Assembly (NCBI GenBank): GCA_032718475.1
Contig: JAUCBJ010008359.1
Span: 8,275-72,274 of the forward strand
Source: Nemertoderma westbladi
Taxonomy: Eukaryota > Animalia > Xenacoelomorpha
Direction: 5' to 3'
Length of the DNA stretch: 64,000 bases
Both the position numbers and the translations under genes were made by a program. This document shows positions 12,812-25,600 of this stretch, one piece after another. A model generated the notes under the pieces. It was given only the letters and a program-made list of their open reading frames with translations, was not told the DNA's origin and did no database searches. The number at the start of each line of letters is the position of its first letter. Position 1 is the first letter of the stretch.

Positions 12812-14011
12812 TGTTCGCGCTTTTGAAGACCTTTAGCAGTTTAACCTGCCAAAATTTATATGTCTTTTAGTTAATTAAAACACCTTTAGCATACGACAAT
12901 ATTTTATGCTAATACACAAAACATTAGCCGAAGTCAGCCCATGCGCGATCATTCACCCGATGGATCTACACCCGGGAGGCTGAATTCGGATGCTTAAATT
13001 TTATTATTGCAGTGTAAGGTTGCAGTGTAAACTTACTGTATTATTCGATAGATCGTTAATAATTAATTTCTGACAGATATTATTGGCTTTCGGGAAATAT
13101 TAACAGTTCCTTTAGGACGTGGCGCTCTATCTATTTAAACAGAACTAGGACTTATACTAAACGCAACGATACTGCTTATGATTAAAGTATAAAGCGCATT
13201 CTTTAGGAAATGCTTTGTTACCAATCACAATCATGCACACTATTCTGCCGACCGTCAGTATATTTGATCACACATAAAGAGAGCAGCAATTGACTCATGT
13301 AGGGTCTGCTAAATAACATTAGATTCAATACACACCACATTAATATAAATCGCAATTGTTATGTATAGCCGGTCTCTCTAACCTGTAGTGTATCAAGAAA
13401 ATTGGGAAATTTGGGTGATTTATCCGTATTCTCCAAAGAGCAATATTTCCATCAACAAATAGGTACAATTAATAACTGACGGTAAATAACAGTACAAACA
13501 ATATGATTAATAGTGAGTTAAGATTGATTAGTTAAGTTAAGATTCGTGGTAGGTAACAGTTTATACTTTCGATAATTTAAGCAGTTTTACTAGAGTTCTT
13601 CCCAAAAAGCCGGTGTTATGGCGAAAAATGGGAACACAACAACAGAATCATATAAAATCATATGACTACTACCACTATACGAGTATACCAAATACCCTTA
13701 TTCCCCGAAGCTCCCGTTCAACACAGAGGATGAGCATAGAGATAGGAAATTCAGTTCAGTAGCGCTGGGATAGGTCGAAATCAACGCCCACGCAAATTCT
13801 ATTGGCCGACACGGACAGCAAGGCTTAGGCAACCTCCCTACAGCTGGTTGGCCGATTAAACTGAGCCCAGATATCTCCACACAGCACATCAGCCAATAAG
13901 CTGGTAGCTTGCACTATTTTAGTTATAAATCCCTTTGAGAGTATTCTAGCGACCGGGGGGGAACTGGCCAGCAAAGGCAAACGTATCAGTTATCCCACAA
14001 AAGCTTTTACA
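12812..14011 (-). repeat. 5' LTR of element 1 (1200 bp)
   Basis: TGTAAAAGC...CGCGAACA in element sense; matches the 3' LTR. Confidence 0.95.
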
Positions 14012-14016
14012 CAAGT

Positions 14017-14360
14017 ACATATCTGAGCTATTGTTGATCTACTTGGTCGAAATCCGTTTTGGCTCTTACGCAGAAGTTTCTCTATGTGAGGTCTAATTCT
14101 ATATAGAATCATTTTCTTGTATATTTTGGCAGCTACCACAATCAGACAGATCCCACGATAGTTTGTTGGTACACCGAGGTCTCCTTTCTTAGGGAAAGGC
14201 TTTAGTTGACCTTTAGTCCGAATTGATGGTGGCTATTCCTCTTTCAACATCCGGTTGCAAACATCCAATAATGGTCTGGTGTAGCACTGCTGTTTTCCAT
14301 ACCTCTGTAGTGATTTGATAGTAATTTACGTAGTTTATACAACATTGATTCTGGTAATCT
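14017..14360 (-). pseudogene. RTE LINE fragment (5' continuation of 120-759)
   Basis: PFPKKGDL..TNYRGI and QNGFRPSRSTIAQI, which join the LRRL... sequence across the TSD. Confidence 0.85.
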
Positions 14361-14389
14361 GAAAATTACATATTATTGTATACTGTAGG

Positions 14390-17300
14390 CTAAAAGTTCA
14401 CACGAAGTCATAACATGATGTTGTAAATACAATACAGTAGCCCCCCGCACAATAACCCCTCTGACAGTATCCCCAGGAGATGTAGCCCCAAAACAGCAGC
14501 CCCCCACACAGTCCCCCCCCCCCCCCCCGGACAATGGCCCCCGAAGAGTACCCCCCCCCCCCCCCCCCAAGGAGTATTGTTGTAATTTCTGTAGCAGTGA
14601 TACGTAGTAACCAAATTAATGTTCATTTATTTACTATTTTTTATGTAACTGAAATTCTAGAATTTTGAATATCGGTACCTAATTCCATTGACATTAGGTC
14701 AAAAATGTATGAATATATTATTGATGTAGGCTTAAGCATATTTACAGTACATGTGAGCCTATTACAAAGGATCAAAGGACATGTTTTGATTTCTATAAAT
14801 AAGTTTCTGGAATTTAGTTTCTTAGAACCTAATTTTTGCTATACTCTTTGGTATACATGTTTAGACGTAGACCTACAGTTTCATTTTTTTTCATTCATTC
14901 ATTAATTTTCATTCATTGATTTTAGTTGATAAATTTATAATATTTTTTGCGTTTAATCTAGATATTAATTGTTATTATTTCGCAAAGCGTTAAAAGCTCT
15001 TCAGTTTGTATGTGGTAGGTTTGTATGTCCCGGAAGATACTGTCCGGGGGCCTGCAGTCCAAGTACCTGAACTGGTAAAGATTCTCCGACCAAATAATTT
15101 CCCATCCAATAATGTACTGGAGGCCTATACAATAAGGTACAGTAGAGAATAGCCAAAGACCCGTCCGAGTAATTGACACATATACTGAAGGCCCTAGCTT
15201 TAATACTGTAGTACTAGAGCTACATGCCAGCCACATGCCTCATCTACATTATGGTACTGTATATGTACTGTACAGGCTACTGTCAGTAGGCCCCATCAAT
15301 TCCATCCATAGGTGCCAATCAATTCAATGCGTGGCCACCAAAAATCAATAAGGGTGTGGTCGGACAGTCCTACTCTCTCCTATTGGATGTTCCTTTATTA
15401 AATCGGATTGATTTTAATCGGAATAAAATATTCTGTATAATGACTAATATACAGTACAAGGTCCCACATATATTACTGGGCTGTTCAATACATTTTAGAA
15501 AACAGCTACTCACTGTACATATAGTACTACTGTAGCCTACAGTTTAAGTAACATTATAATATAAGTTCAGTAACCTACAGTATACTTAATGTGTTTGAGA
15601 TACTGTACAGTATGTTTGATTCGTTGTCAAATTAAAAAGATTTAGTTTTTTTATAATTGTGTATAGCTACAGTACTATATGTATTTATTGAATTTATCTA
15701 CATTATATAGTAACTAACTACTACTGTATGTACAACAGATACTAGTAAGTAATTATTTAGTTACTGTAGTTAGTTATAGTAAATAGTTTCTGTACAGAAC
15801 AGTAGTAAGTAATTATTGCTCGAGTAAATTATATACAAAATGCGCCGTACTGTAGCCTTCTTACTGTAGAAATAATCCTAACTTTTAAAAATGGTGGCGA
15901 TTGAAGTCTGTCCCTGAAACGAAAAGAAATACAGTACAGTACAAGGCCATAATAGGCCAACAGATATAAGAATATGTCGTAATATTTTTAAAGGAAAGCT
16001 ACACCATCACCGCATACAGTAGGCCAACCGCAAATAGATTTGCCATGATTTAATACACCTAGAGACCGGCCTCCCATCCCCGAGGCGTTAGTTTAGTTCG
16101 CTCGCGGCAACGTAAATTCACAATAAAACCTAAAAAAAAACCGGAAACCTTGATTCCGGTACACGCCGTTCAACCTTTTTCTCGATTAACCAAATATTCA
16201 CAATAGGCCTACCACTAATAATGTCGTCTTTTTTGTTATTTTCGGGTTTTCTAACTACTGTATGCCCAGTCATGGTACGTACTGTAGTACGTAGTCAAGT
16301 CAACCCTTCATATGGTTGAAGGGTTCCAAAATAACAGTTAAAGTAGAAAGTAGAAAAGATCGATCTAAAAGTTCACACGAAGTCATAACATGATGTTGTA
16401 AATACAATACAGTAGCCCCCCGCACAATAACCCCTCTGACAGTATCCCCAGGAGATGTAGCCCCAAAACAGCAGCCCCCCACACACCCCCCCCCCCCCCC
16501 CCGGACAATGGCCCCCGAAGAGTACCCCCCCCCCCCCCCCAAGGAGTATTGTTGTAATTTCTGTAGCAGTGATACGTAGTAACCAAATTAATGTTCATTT
16601 ATTTACTATTTTTTATGTAACTGAAATTCTAGAATTTTGAATATCGGTACCTAATTCCATTGACATTAGGTCAAAAATGTATGAATATATTATTGATGTA
16701 GGCTTAAGCATATTTACAGTACATGTGAGCCTATTACAAAGGATCAAAGGACATGTTTTGATTTCTATAAATAAGTTTCTGGAATTTAGTTTCTTAGAAC
16801 CTAATTTTTGCTATACTCTTTGGTATACATGTTTAGACGTAGACCTACAGTTTCATTTTTTTTCATTCATTCATTAATTTTCATTCATTGATTTTAGTTG
16901 ATAAATTTATAATATTTTTTGCGTTTAATCTAGATATTAATTGTTATTATTTCGCAAAGCGTTAAAAGCTCTTCAGTTTGTATGTGGTAGGTTTGTATGT
17001 CCCGGAAGATACTGTCCGGGGGCCTGCAGTCCAAGTACCTGAACTGGTAAAGATTCTCCGACCAAATAATTTCCCATCCAATAATGTACTGGAGGCCTAT
17101 ACAATAAGGTACAGTAGAGAATAGCCAAAGACCCGTCCGAGTAATTGACACATATACTGAAGGCCCTAGCTTTAATACTGTAGTACTAGAGCTACATGCC
17201 AGCCACATGCCTCATCTACATTATGGTACTGTATATGTACTGTACAGGCTACTGTCAGTAGGCCCCATCAATTCCATCCATAGGTGCCAATCAATTCAAT

Positions 17301-20292
17301 GCGTGGCCACCAAAAATCAATAAGGGTGTGGTCGGACAGTCCTACTCTCTCCTATTGGATGTTCCTTTATTAAATCGGATTGATTTTAATCGGAATAAAA
17401 TATTCTGTATAATGACTAATATACAGTACAAGGTCCCACATATATTACTGGGCTGTTCAATACATTTTAGAAAACAGCTACTCACTGTACATATAGTACT
17501 ACTGTAGCCTACAGTTTAAGTAACATTATAATATAAGTTCAGTAACCTACAGTATACTTAATGTGTTTGAGATACTGTACAGTATGTTTGATTCGTTGTC
17601 AAATTAAAAAGATTTAGTTTTTTTATAATTGTGTATAGCTACAGTACTATATGTATTTATTGAATTTATCTACATTATATAGTAACTAACTACTACTGTA
17701 TGTACAACAGATACTAGTAAGTAATTATTTAGTTACTGTAGTTAGTTATAGTAAATAGTTTCTGTACAGAACAGTAGTAAGTAATTATTGCTCGAGTAAA
17801 TTATATACAAAATGCGCCGTACTGTAGCCTTCTTACTGTAGAAATAATCCTAACTTTTAAAAATGGTGGCGATTGAAGTCTGTCCCTGAAACGAAAAGAA
17901 ATACAGTACAGTACAAGGCCATAATAGGCCAACAGATATAAGAATATGTCGTAATATTTTTAAAGGAAAGCTACACCATCACCGCATACAGTAGGCCAAC
18001 CGCAAATAGATTTGCCATGATTTAATACACCTAGAGACCGGCCTCCCATCCCCCGAGGCGTTAGTTTAGTTCGCTCGCGGCAACGTAAATTCACAATAAA
18101 ACCTAAAAAAAAACCGGAAACCTTGATTCCGGTACACGCCGTTCAACCTTTTTCTCGATTAACCAAATATTCACAATAGGCCTACCACTAATAATGTCGT
18201 CTTTTTTGTTATTTTCGGGTTTTCTAACTACTGTATGCCCAGTCATGGTACGTACTGTAGTACGTAGTCAAGTCAACCCTTCATATGGTTGAAGGGTTCC
18301 AAAATAACAGTTAAAGTAGAAAGTAGAAAAGATCGATCTAAAAGTTCACACGAAGTCATAACATTATGTTGTAAATACAATACAGTAGCCCCCCGCACAA
18401 TAACCCCTCTGACAGTATCCCCAGGAGAGTAGCCCAAAAACAGCAGCCCCCCACACAGTACCCCCCCCCCCCCGGACAATGGCCCCCGAAGAGTACCCCC
18501 CCCCCCCCCCCCCCCCCAAGGAGTATTGTTGTAATTTCTGTAGCAGTGATACGTAGTAACCAAATTAATGTTCATTTATTTACTATTTTTTATGTAACTG
18601 AAATTCTAGAATTTTGAATATCGGTACCTAATTCCATTGACATTAGGTCAAAAATGTATGAATATATTATTGATGTAGGCTTAAGCATATTTACATGTGA
18701 GCCTATTACAAAGGATCAAAGGACATGTTTTGATTTATATAAATAAGTTTCTGGAATTTAGTTTCTTAGAACCTAATTTTTGCTATACTCTTTGGTATAC
18801 ATGTTTAGACGTAGACCTACAGTTTCATTTTTTTTCATTCATTCATTAATTTTCATTCATTGATTTTAGTTGATAAATTTATAATATTTTTTGCGTTTAA
18901 TCTAGATATTAATTGTTATTATTTCGCAAAGCGTTAAAAGCTCTTCAGTTTGTATGTGGTAGGTTTGTATGTCCCGGAAGATACTGTCCGGGGGCCTGCA
19001 GTCCAAGTACCTGAACTGGTAAAGATTCTCCGACCAAATAATTTCCCATCCAATAATGTACTGGAGGCCTATACAATAAGGTACAGTAGAGAATAGCCAA
19101 AGACCCGTCCGAGTAATTGACACATATACTGAAGGCCCTAGCTTTAATACTGTAGTACTAGAGCTACATGCCAGCCACATGCCTCATCTACATTATGGTA
19201 CTGTATATGTACTGTACAGGCTACTGTCAGTAGGCCCCATCAATTCCATCCATAGGTGCCAATCAATTCAATGCGTGGCCACCAAAAATCAATAAGGGTG
19301 TGGTCGGACAGTCCTACTCTCTCCTATTGGATGTTCCTTTATTAAATCGGATTGATTTTAATCGGAATAAAATATTCTGTATAATGACTAATATACAGTA
19401 CAAGGTCCCACATATATTACTGGGCTGTTCAATACATTTTAGAAAACAGCTACTCACTGTACATATAGTACTACTGTAGCCTACAGTTTAAGTAACATTA
19501 TAATATAAGTTCAGTAACCTACAGTATACTTAATGTGTTTGAGATACTGTACAGTATGTTTGATTCGTTGTCAAATTAAAAAGATTTAGTTTTTTTATAA
19601 TTGTGTATAGCTACAGTACTATATGTATTTATTGAATTTATCTACATTATATAGTAACTAACTACTACTGTATGTACAACAGATACTAGTAAGTAATTAT
19701 TTAGTTACTGTAGTTAGTTATAGTAAATAGTTTCTGTACAGAACAGTAGTAAGTAATTATTGCTCGAGTAAATTATATACAAAATGCGCCGTACTGTAGC
19801 CTTCTTACTGTAGAAATAATCCTAACTTTTAAAAATGGTGGCGATTGAAGTCTGTCCCTGAAACGAAAAGAAATACAGTACAGTACAAGGCCATAATAGG
19901 CCAACAGATATAAGAATATGTCGTAATATTTTTAAAGGAAAGCTACACCATCACCGCATACAGTAGGCCAACCGCAAATAGATTTGCCATGATTTAATAC
20001 ACCTAGAGACCGGCCTCCCATCCCCCGAGGCGTTAGTTTAGTTCGCTCGCGGCAACGTAAATTCACAATAAAACCTAAAAAAAAACCGGAAACCTTGATT
20101 CCGGTACACGCCGTTCAACCTTTTTCTCGATTAACCAAATATTCACAATAGGCCTACCACTAATAATGTCGTCTTTTTTGTTATTTTCGGGTTTTCTAAC
20201 TACTGTATGCCCAGTCATGGTACGTACTGTAGTACGTAGTCAAGTCAACCCTTCATATGGTTGAAGGGTTCCAAAATAACAGTTAAAGTAGA
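14390..20292. repeat. Three near-identical tandem units of ~1.97 kb (14390-16364, 16365-18337, 18338-20292)
   Basis: Direct comparison; differences are mostly in poly-C length, plus a few substitutions and a small deletion in unit 3. Confidence 0.95.
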
Positions 20293-20695
20293 TGTGATTT
20301 ATTCCATATATATTATTCCAAGCCATTTAATTAAAGTATTCAGGCATACAACTAACATGTTAATTTTAAATGAATAATAATAATTAATCTGTATATTTCT
20401 GAATTGTTACCACTGTGGATTACTTCAATCAAATAGGCCTAATGCATTTTAAAAGTTATATTTTAGTTCTACTATTCGGAGTAGGTAAGTTGATAAATTA
20501 ATTAATTTATAATTATTTTTCTAATGAATTAATAATTGCCCTTAGTTACGGTAAGGTACAGTAGCTGACGGTAATTTAAAAGGACTCTAACTGCAATAAT
20601 TACCGGTGCTAATAAATTTTAAATAATTGATAGGCCAAACTGGATTGTGGAAAATGTGGATATACATTTCACATAATTTATCATGGTTTTATGTA

Positions 20696-20868
20696 ATGGA
20701 TCATGACTACTGTCTGTGTAGTGTTACGAATAGTTTTATAATGGATCATGACTACTGTCTGTGTAGTGTTACGGATAGTTTTATAATGGATCATGACTAC
20801 TGTCTGTGTAGTGTTACGGATAGTTTTATAATGGATCATGACTACTGTCTGTGTAGTGTTACGGATAG
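20696..20868 (+). repeat. 45-bp tandem repeat x4 (in-frame MDHDYCLCSVTDSFI)
   Basis: Unit atggatcatgactactgtctgtgtagtgttacggatagttttata. Confidence 0.9.
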
Positions 20869-21091
20869 CGGGACCACTACTTCCAACAGCACAGTTCATA
20901 AACTCATACGTACTCGAAAAACTACTTATACATGTTATACCCCGTTACCGTTTGATACCGGTAATCACAGTGATAGCGAAAACAACGACCCGTTTTTAGC
21001 CCAAAGGATCGGACGGCCAAGAGGTTCCTCCAATAAAGGAAATATACGGATTCGTACATTCTTAGACGTTTCCCAAGGCAAGCATTATCTG

Positions 21092-21735
21092 GAGAATCCC
21101 GCCTCTGTAACCTGCTCCTTTCCCTCAATTAGTTAAGTGATCGTTTATTGTTTTGGTTAGGAAATCCCGCCTCTGTAACCTGCTCCTTTCCCTGAATCGG
21201 TAAAGTGACCATTTATTGTTTTGGTTAGAAAGGCCCGCCTCTGTAACCTGCTCCTTTCCTTCATTTAGTAAAGTGACTGTTTATTGTTTTGGTTAGAAAA
21301 TCCCGCCTCTGTAACTTGCTCCTTTTCCTGAATTGGTAAAGTGACCATTTATTGTTTTGGTTAGAAAGGCCCGACTCTGTAACCTGCTCCTATCCTTCAT
21401 TTAGTAAAGTGACTGTTTATTGTTTTGGTTAGAAAATTCCGCCTCTGTAACCTGCTCCTTTCTCTCAATTGGTAATGTTATTGTTAATTGTTTTGGTTTG
21501 AAAAGACCATCTATGTAACCTGCTCCTTTCCTTCATTTGGTAAAGTGATTGTTTATTGTTTTGGTTAGTAAATCCCGCCTCTGTAACCTGCTCCTTTCCC
21601 TGATTTGGTAAAGTGACCGTTTATTGTTTTGGTTAGAAAGGCTAGCCTCTGTAACCTGCTCCTTTCCTTCATTTGGTAAAGTGACTGTTTATGGTTTTGG
21701 TTAGAAAATCCGGCCTTAACCTGCTCCTTTCCATC
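21092..21735 (+). repeat. Minisatellite, ~67-70 bp unit, ~9-10 copies
   Basis: Unit cccgcctctgtaacctgctcctttcc...gtaaagtgac..tttattgttttggttagaaa, with alternating aaatcccg/aggcccg variants. Confidence 0.9.
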
Positions 21736-22665
21736 AATTGGTAATTGTTTTTGGCTATAAAATGAGTGTTTTGCTACGTCATGTGGTAATCGATTATCGA
21801 CAACAACCACAAACTATTAAATTTCGAGTCTTTTACCACAGGCGCATATGGAAATCTATCTCATAGTCTATAAATCATGGAATTTTGAATGTTTTGGCAC
21901 AGGCATAGTGAAACCAACTGTCCGACAGACCAGAAATCAACAAATTTTGAATGTTTTGGCATAGGCATGTTGAAATCAACTATCTGACAGTCCAGAAATC
22001 AGCAGTCTGACAGTTTGAAGAAATACATACATAAAAAGTCATTAAAGGGACAACAAAAGTCATTATGCACAATTCGTAAAAAAAGGAGGACAAAAAAGTC
22101 AAATAAAAGGACATAAAAAAAATCACTGCCCTATATAACTAGCCATAGTATAATTAGAATTGTTCGCTAAGATGGCTTGCAGCTTTTGCTGCGCGAAGGC
22201 CCCACTCGTGTTTCTGTTGCATACCAACCTTACAGTATACACAAAGAAGAGTAGTACGAACCCATGGTCGCGATGTAATGCCAACTTAAATGGTCTACAG
22301 TATAACAGATTAGGCCTACTGTAAAATACTATGATTTAATTAATATGAAATATTACAGTTAAAAACATTGATCATAAAATTTTGTTCATAAAGTTTTAGT
22401 AGTTTTTATTCCTTAAATTTTTATTGTTACTTACTGTAGGCCCTACTGTATATAATACTGTAGTAATAATTAATTAGTAACTACTTATTAATTAACAACC
22501 ATCATAAGATTATTCATTTGAATGTATTCATACTGTATGTATGTATGTATTATACAGTATATTCCCATATTAATAATTAATTTATTTAATACTCTATCAT
22601 ACTGTATTTATTTACAGTATAAGGGTAAATTTTTTTAGATAAACTTAATTTTACCCTAATTCTAG

Positions 22666-25600
22666 TTTGCGTTGGCGCGAGGGTAGAAGTTGAGACTTTT
22701 AGGAGATGGTTTTTCGACGAGGCAACGTGTGATGTACCTGGAGAAAAACCTTATGTACCAGAAAGAGCTAAAACCAGCCAATATTGCCCTTTACTCTACT
22801 CACTAAATATTCAACTCTGTTTCGATACCAAGGTAAGTCGATAAAATATTATGTAAAAATATACATCAACCTACAGTACAGTAAGGTAAAATATACTAAA
22901 GTAATAAAAAATACTGTAAAGCAAAATAAAATCAAAATACCTAGACCGATTGTCACTGATCAATGTCAATGAAATTGGCTTTCGTTTTAAGGAAGATTTA
23001 TTTTAATACGTTTAATAGACATGGGGCCTACATTATAAGATAATTATTTTAAATTTATAATTTAATTTTCTGTAGGGTGGTCCAAAACATTTACATTGCA
23101 ATGACAATTCATACGTGTTGGCCATTGGTAAGGCCGTGCTGCGGTCCACGAAGTCTGGGTATCTAGGTAACGGATGCCCCTGGGAGACGTCAATGAAGGT
23201 CATTCCCGATTATGACGTCACAGAAGCTGTCCGAAAACAGTTTAGTATAAAATTTAATATAAAATAAAGAGTGGAATATTAACGGAAACCACATTAATAA
23301 CAACGGAAATCACAGTGATAAGTAATATTTCGTCTAGGCGAATTGACATTATTAAATTGAGGCACTATATTAATAAATATATTAATTCTATACTAACTAT
23401 ATTAATTAATATACGTATACATTCGCGCTGAAACATTTACCAGACAGACGGACAGTCGGGCGGAGGAACAGACAGACAGACAAACAGACAGACAGAAAAA
23501 CAGACAGACAGACGGACATGCCCCATTTACCCTATATAAACGGTATACCGACGCTCGCTGACTACGGGTCTCGCCTCACAGTATGCGGTACTCTTACTAC
23601 TGTAATGTACTCTACAGTACCATTTTAATTATCCATTCCCCTGGATACAAATGTACCAACTTGTATCCATGTCTTCCCCATTGCACAAAATGTAGACCTG
23701 TACCTATTTGAAAATCCAAACTACCCTTAAAGCCAGACATTATTGCACTTGGATACACCCGGAGTTAATGTTTTCTTACAACTCACAGGTTCAATGACTT
23801 TGAACCTACCGCGTATAGGCTCCCTTTGGGTTGATTGACAGTAGTACAACTTAACAACAGGTGGTTTGCGGGGCCTTTTTTTTTTTACATACACTCCATT
23901 CTAAGCAGCAGTCAAACTCCGAACTACCAACAGCAGCCAGGAATACAATGAGAGTTATACCCAGCCAATAGCCAACACTGCCCACCCTGCCCCCATAGTG
24001 TGTATACCTGTTCAGAGGCGCTTTCTTTTATTACAGTATATGGAATAGGAGGCCTTAACCCACCACATTACGTTAACTAACTTGATCACGTATTTTCATG
24101 TGGACGCAAATATCTTCAAATTTCCTAACTGTACTATGTAACTGTACTATAATACGGTAGTGGTATCGCTGACGTTAGTCGACTGGCCCTACTACTGTCT
24201 ACTGTATTGTAGGGTGTATACCTACGTTGTGTGGGTCAGAATAATAATATTGCATATTCATTCATGTATTTAACATCAACAGCTGTTCCGGAAAGTACGA
24301 ATGTTTGTTCCCAAAAGAAGAGATCGATGTTCTAGAGAAAGTTTCCTTTAGTTGTAAAGATAGCGCCAGATTCCTGGATATTCACTACATGTGTTACCCT
24401 CCAGGTAATGTTTCCCTAGGTACATACAGTAATATTAGTCAACAGGCAATAATGTTACTCACCAGGTATACCTAAACGTAACCACCGTCGTACAGTAGGC
24501 CCCCCACTACTGTAGTACGTTTAAGTGGTAATACAGTAATAAGTAATCATACTTTTAAAAGTTGTATCACGGGCTTCATATTGTAATTTGCAATTTCAAG
24601 CAGAGCCCCCACCACTAATGTACAGTATCTTACAGAGATGCTCTATTACAGTGCACACTGTGCTGCATGCCTACACACGCTGCCACGAGAAACTACCGTA
24701 TAGTACTGTACAGGCCTACATAACAGTACAGTACATACTTATGTTTAAACGGGATCAGACTTTTTGGGATTTCCGGTATCAGGATTGGAACAGGGATTAT
24801 CACTCACGGGATTCCGTATTTCGGGGTCGGGATTGCAATTTTCAGTTAAAATTCCTAAAAGTGTTCAGTATATGTGTGGCAGTTGTAAGTATGATAGGCC
24901 CTACAGGTTTTTGAAAATTTTATATATGTTTATTTCATTACTGAAATACGGTATTAGTAAGATAAAATTATATTAAAATTAATTGTTAGCTCTACTGGAT
25001 GGTTTACAGACATATTAATTGGATATAATCGATACATTTCTGTTCTGGTGCAACTATTAATTGGATATTCAAGACATTACTGTATTATACTATTCAAACT
25101 TCGGGATCCCGTTCCAAAATATGTCGGGATCGGCATCGGCATCGGGGCCGGGATTGCTTTTTTGCCGGGATCCCGATTTTTCGGGATCGGGATCGTGTTT
25201 AAACACTAGAACTGTACTACTGTACTTCAACTACAGTACTACAGTACTAGGCCAACTACTACAGTACTTTGGGCTCCCTCAAGTGATTCTGACAGTATAC
25301 CAGTGCAGTACCGGTATACCAGTAACTGTGCTGTAGCATAATGTAGTAGATCTTCCTATTTTTATACATAGGCCTAATGTATCATCTTCTTGCTTGACTT
25401 TTGATCAACAGATCTGTACTTCCAAATCATTATTAAATTTTCCCAAATTGACAGGAGTTGATGGGGTATATGAAGACCAAATTATTTGCAACGACAATTT
25501 CCAACAATTGAAATGCGACACACCCGGAGAAATGCCTATCGTTCTAGAAGCCTCTTATGGGGTTAATCAGGAGGATATTGATAAAGGTCATTGTGGGACC

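Larger units (their letters stand above)
760..14011 (-). mobile_element. Complete non-autonomous BEL/Pao LTR retrotransposon (element 1, ~13.2 kb)
   Basis: Two ~1.2 kb direct LTRs with TG...CA ends; 5-bp TSD CAAGT at 755-759 and 14012-14016; BEL-type Gag and protease; the flanking LINE rejoins across the site. Confidence 0.95.

Noticed and set aside
14373-19180. Gly-rich and 92-aa ORFs in the tandem units
   Set aside because: Poly-G frames shift between copies and no domain is recognisable; not supported as genes.
21092-21735. CRISPR-like array
   Set aside because: Eukaryotic context, no unique spacers, no cas genes; this is a minisatellite.
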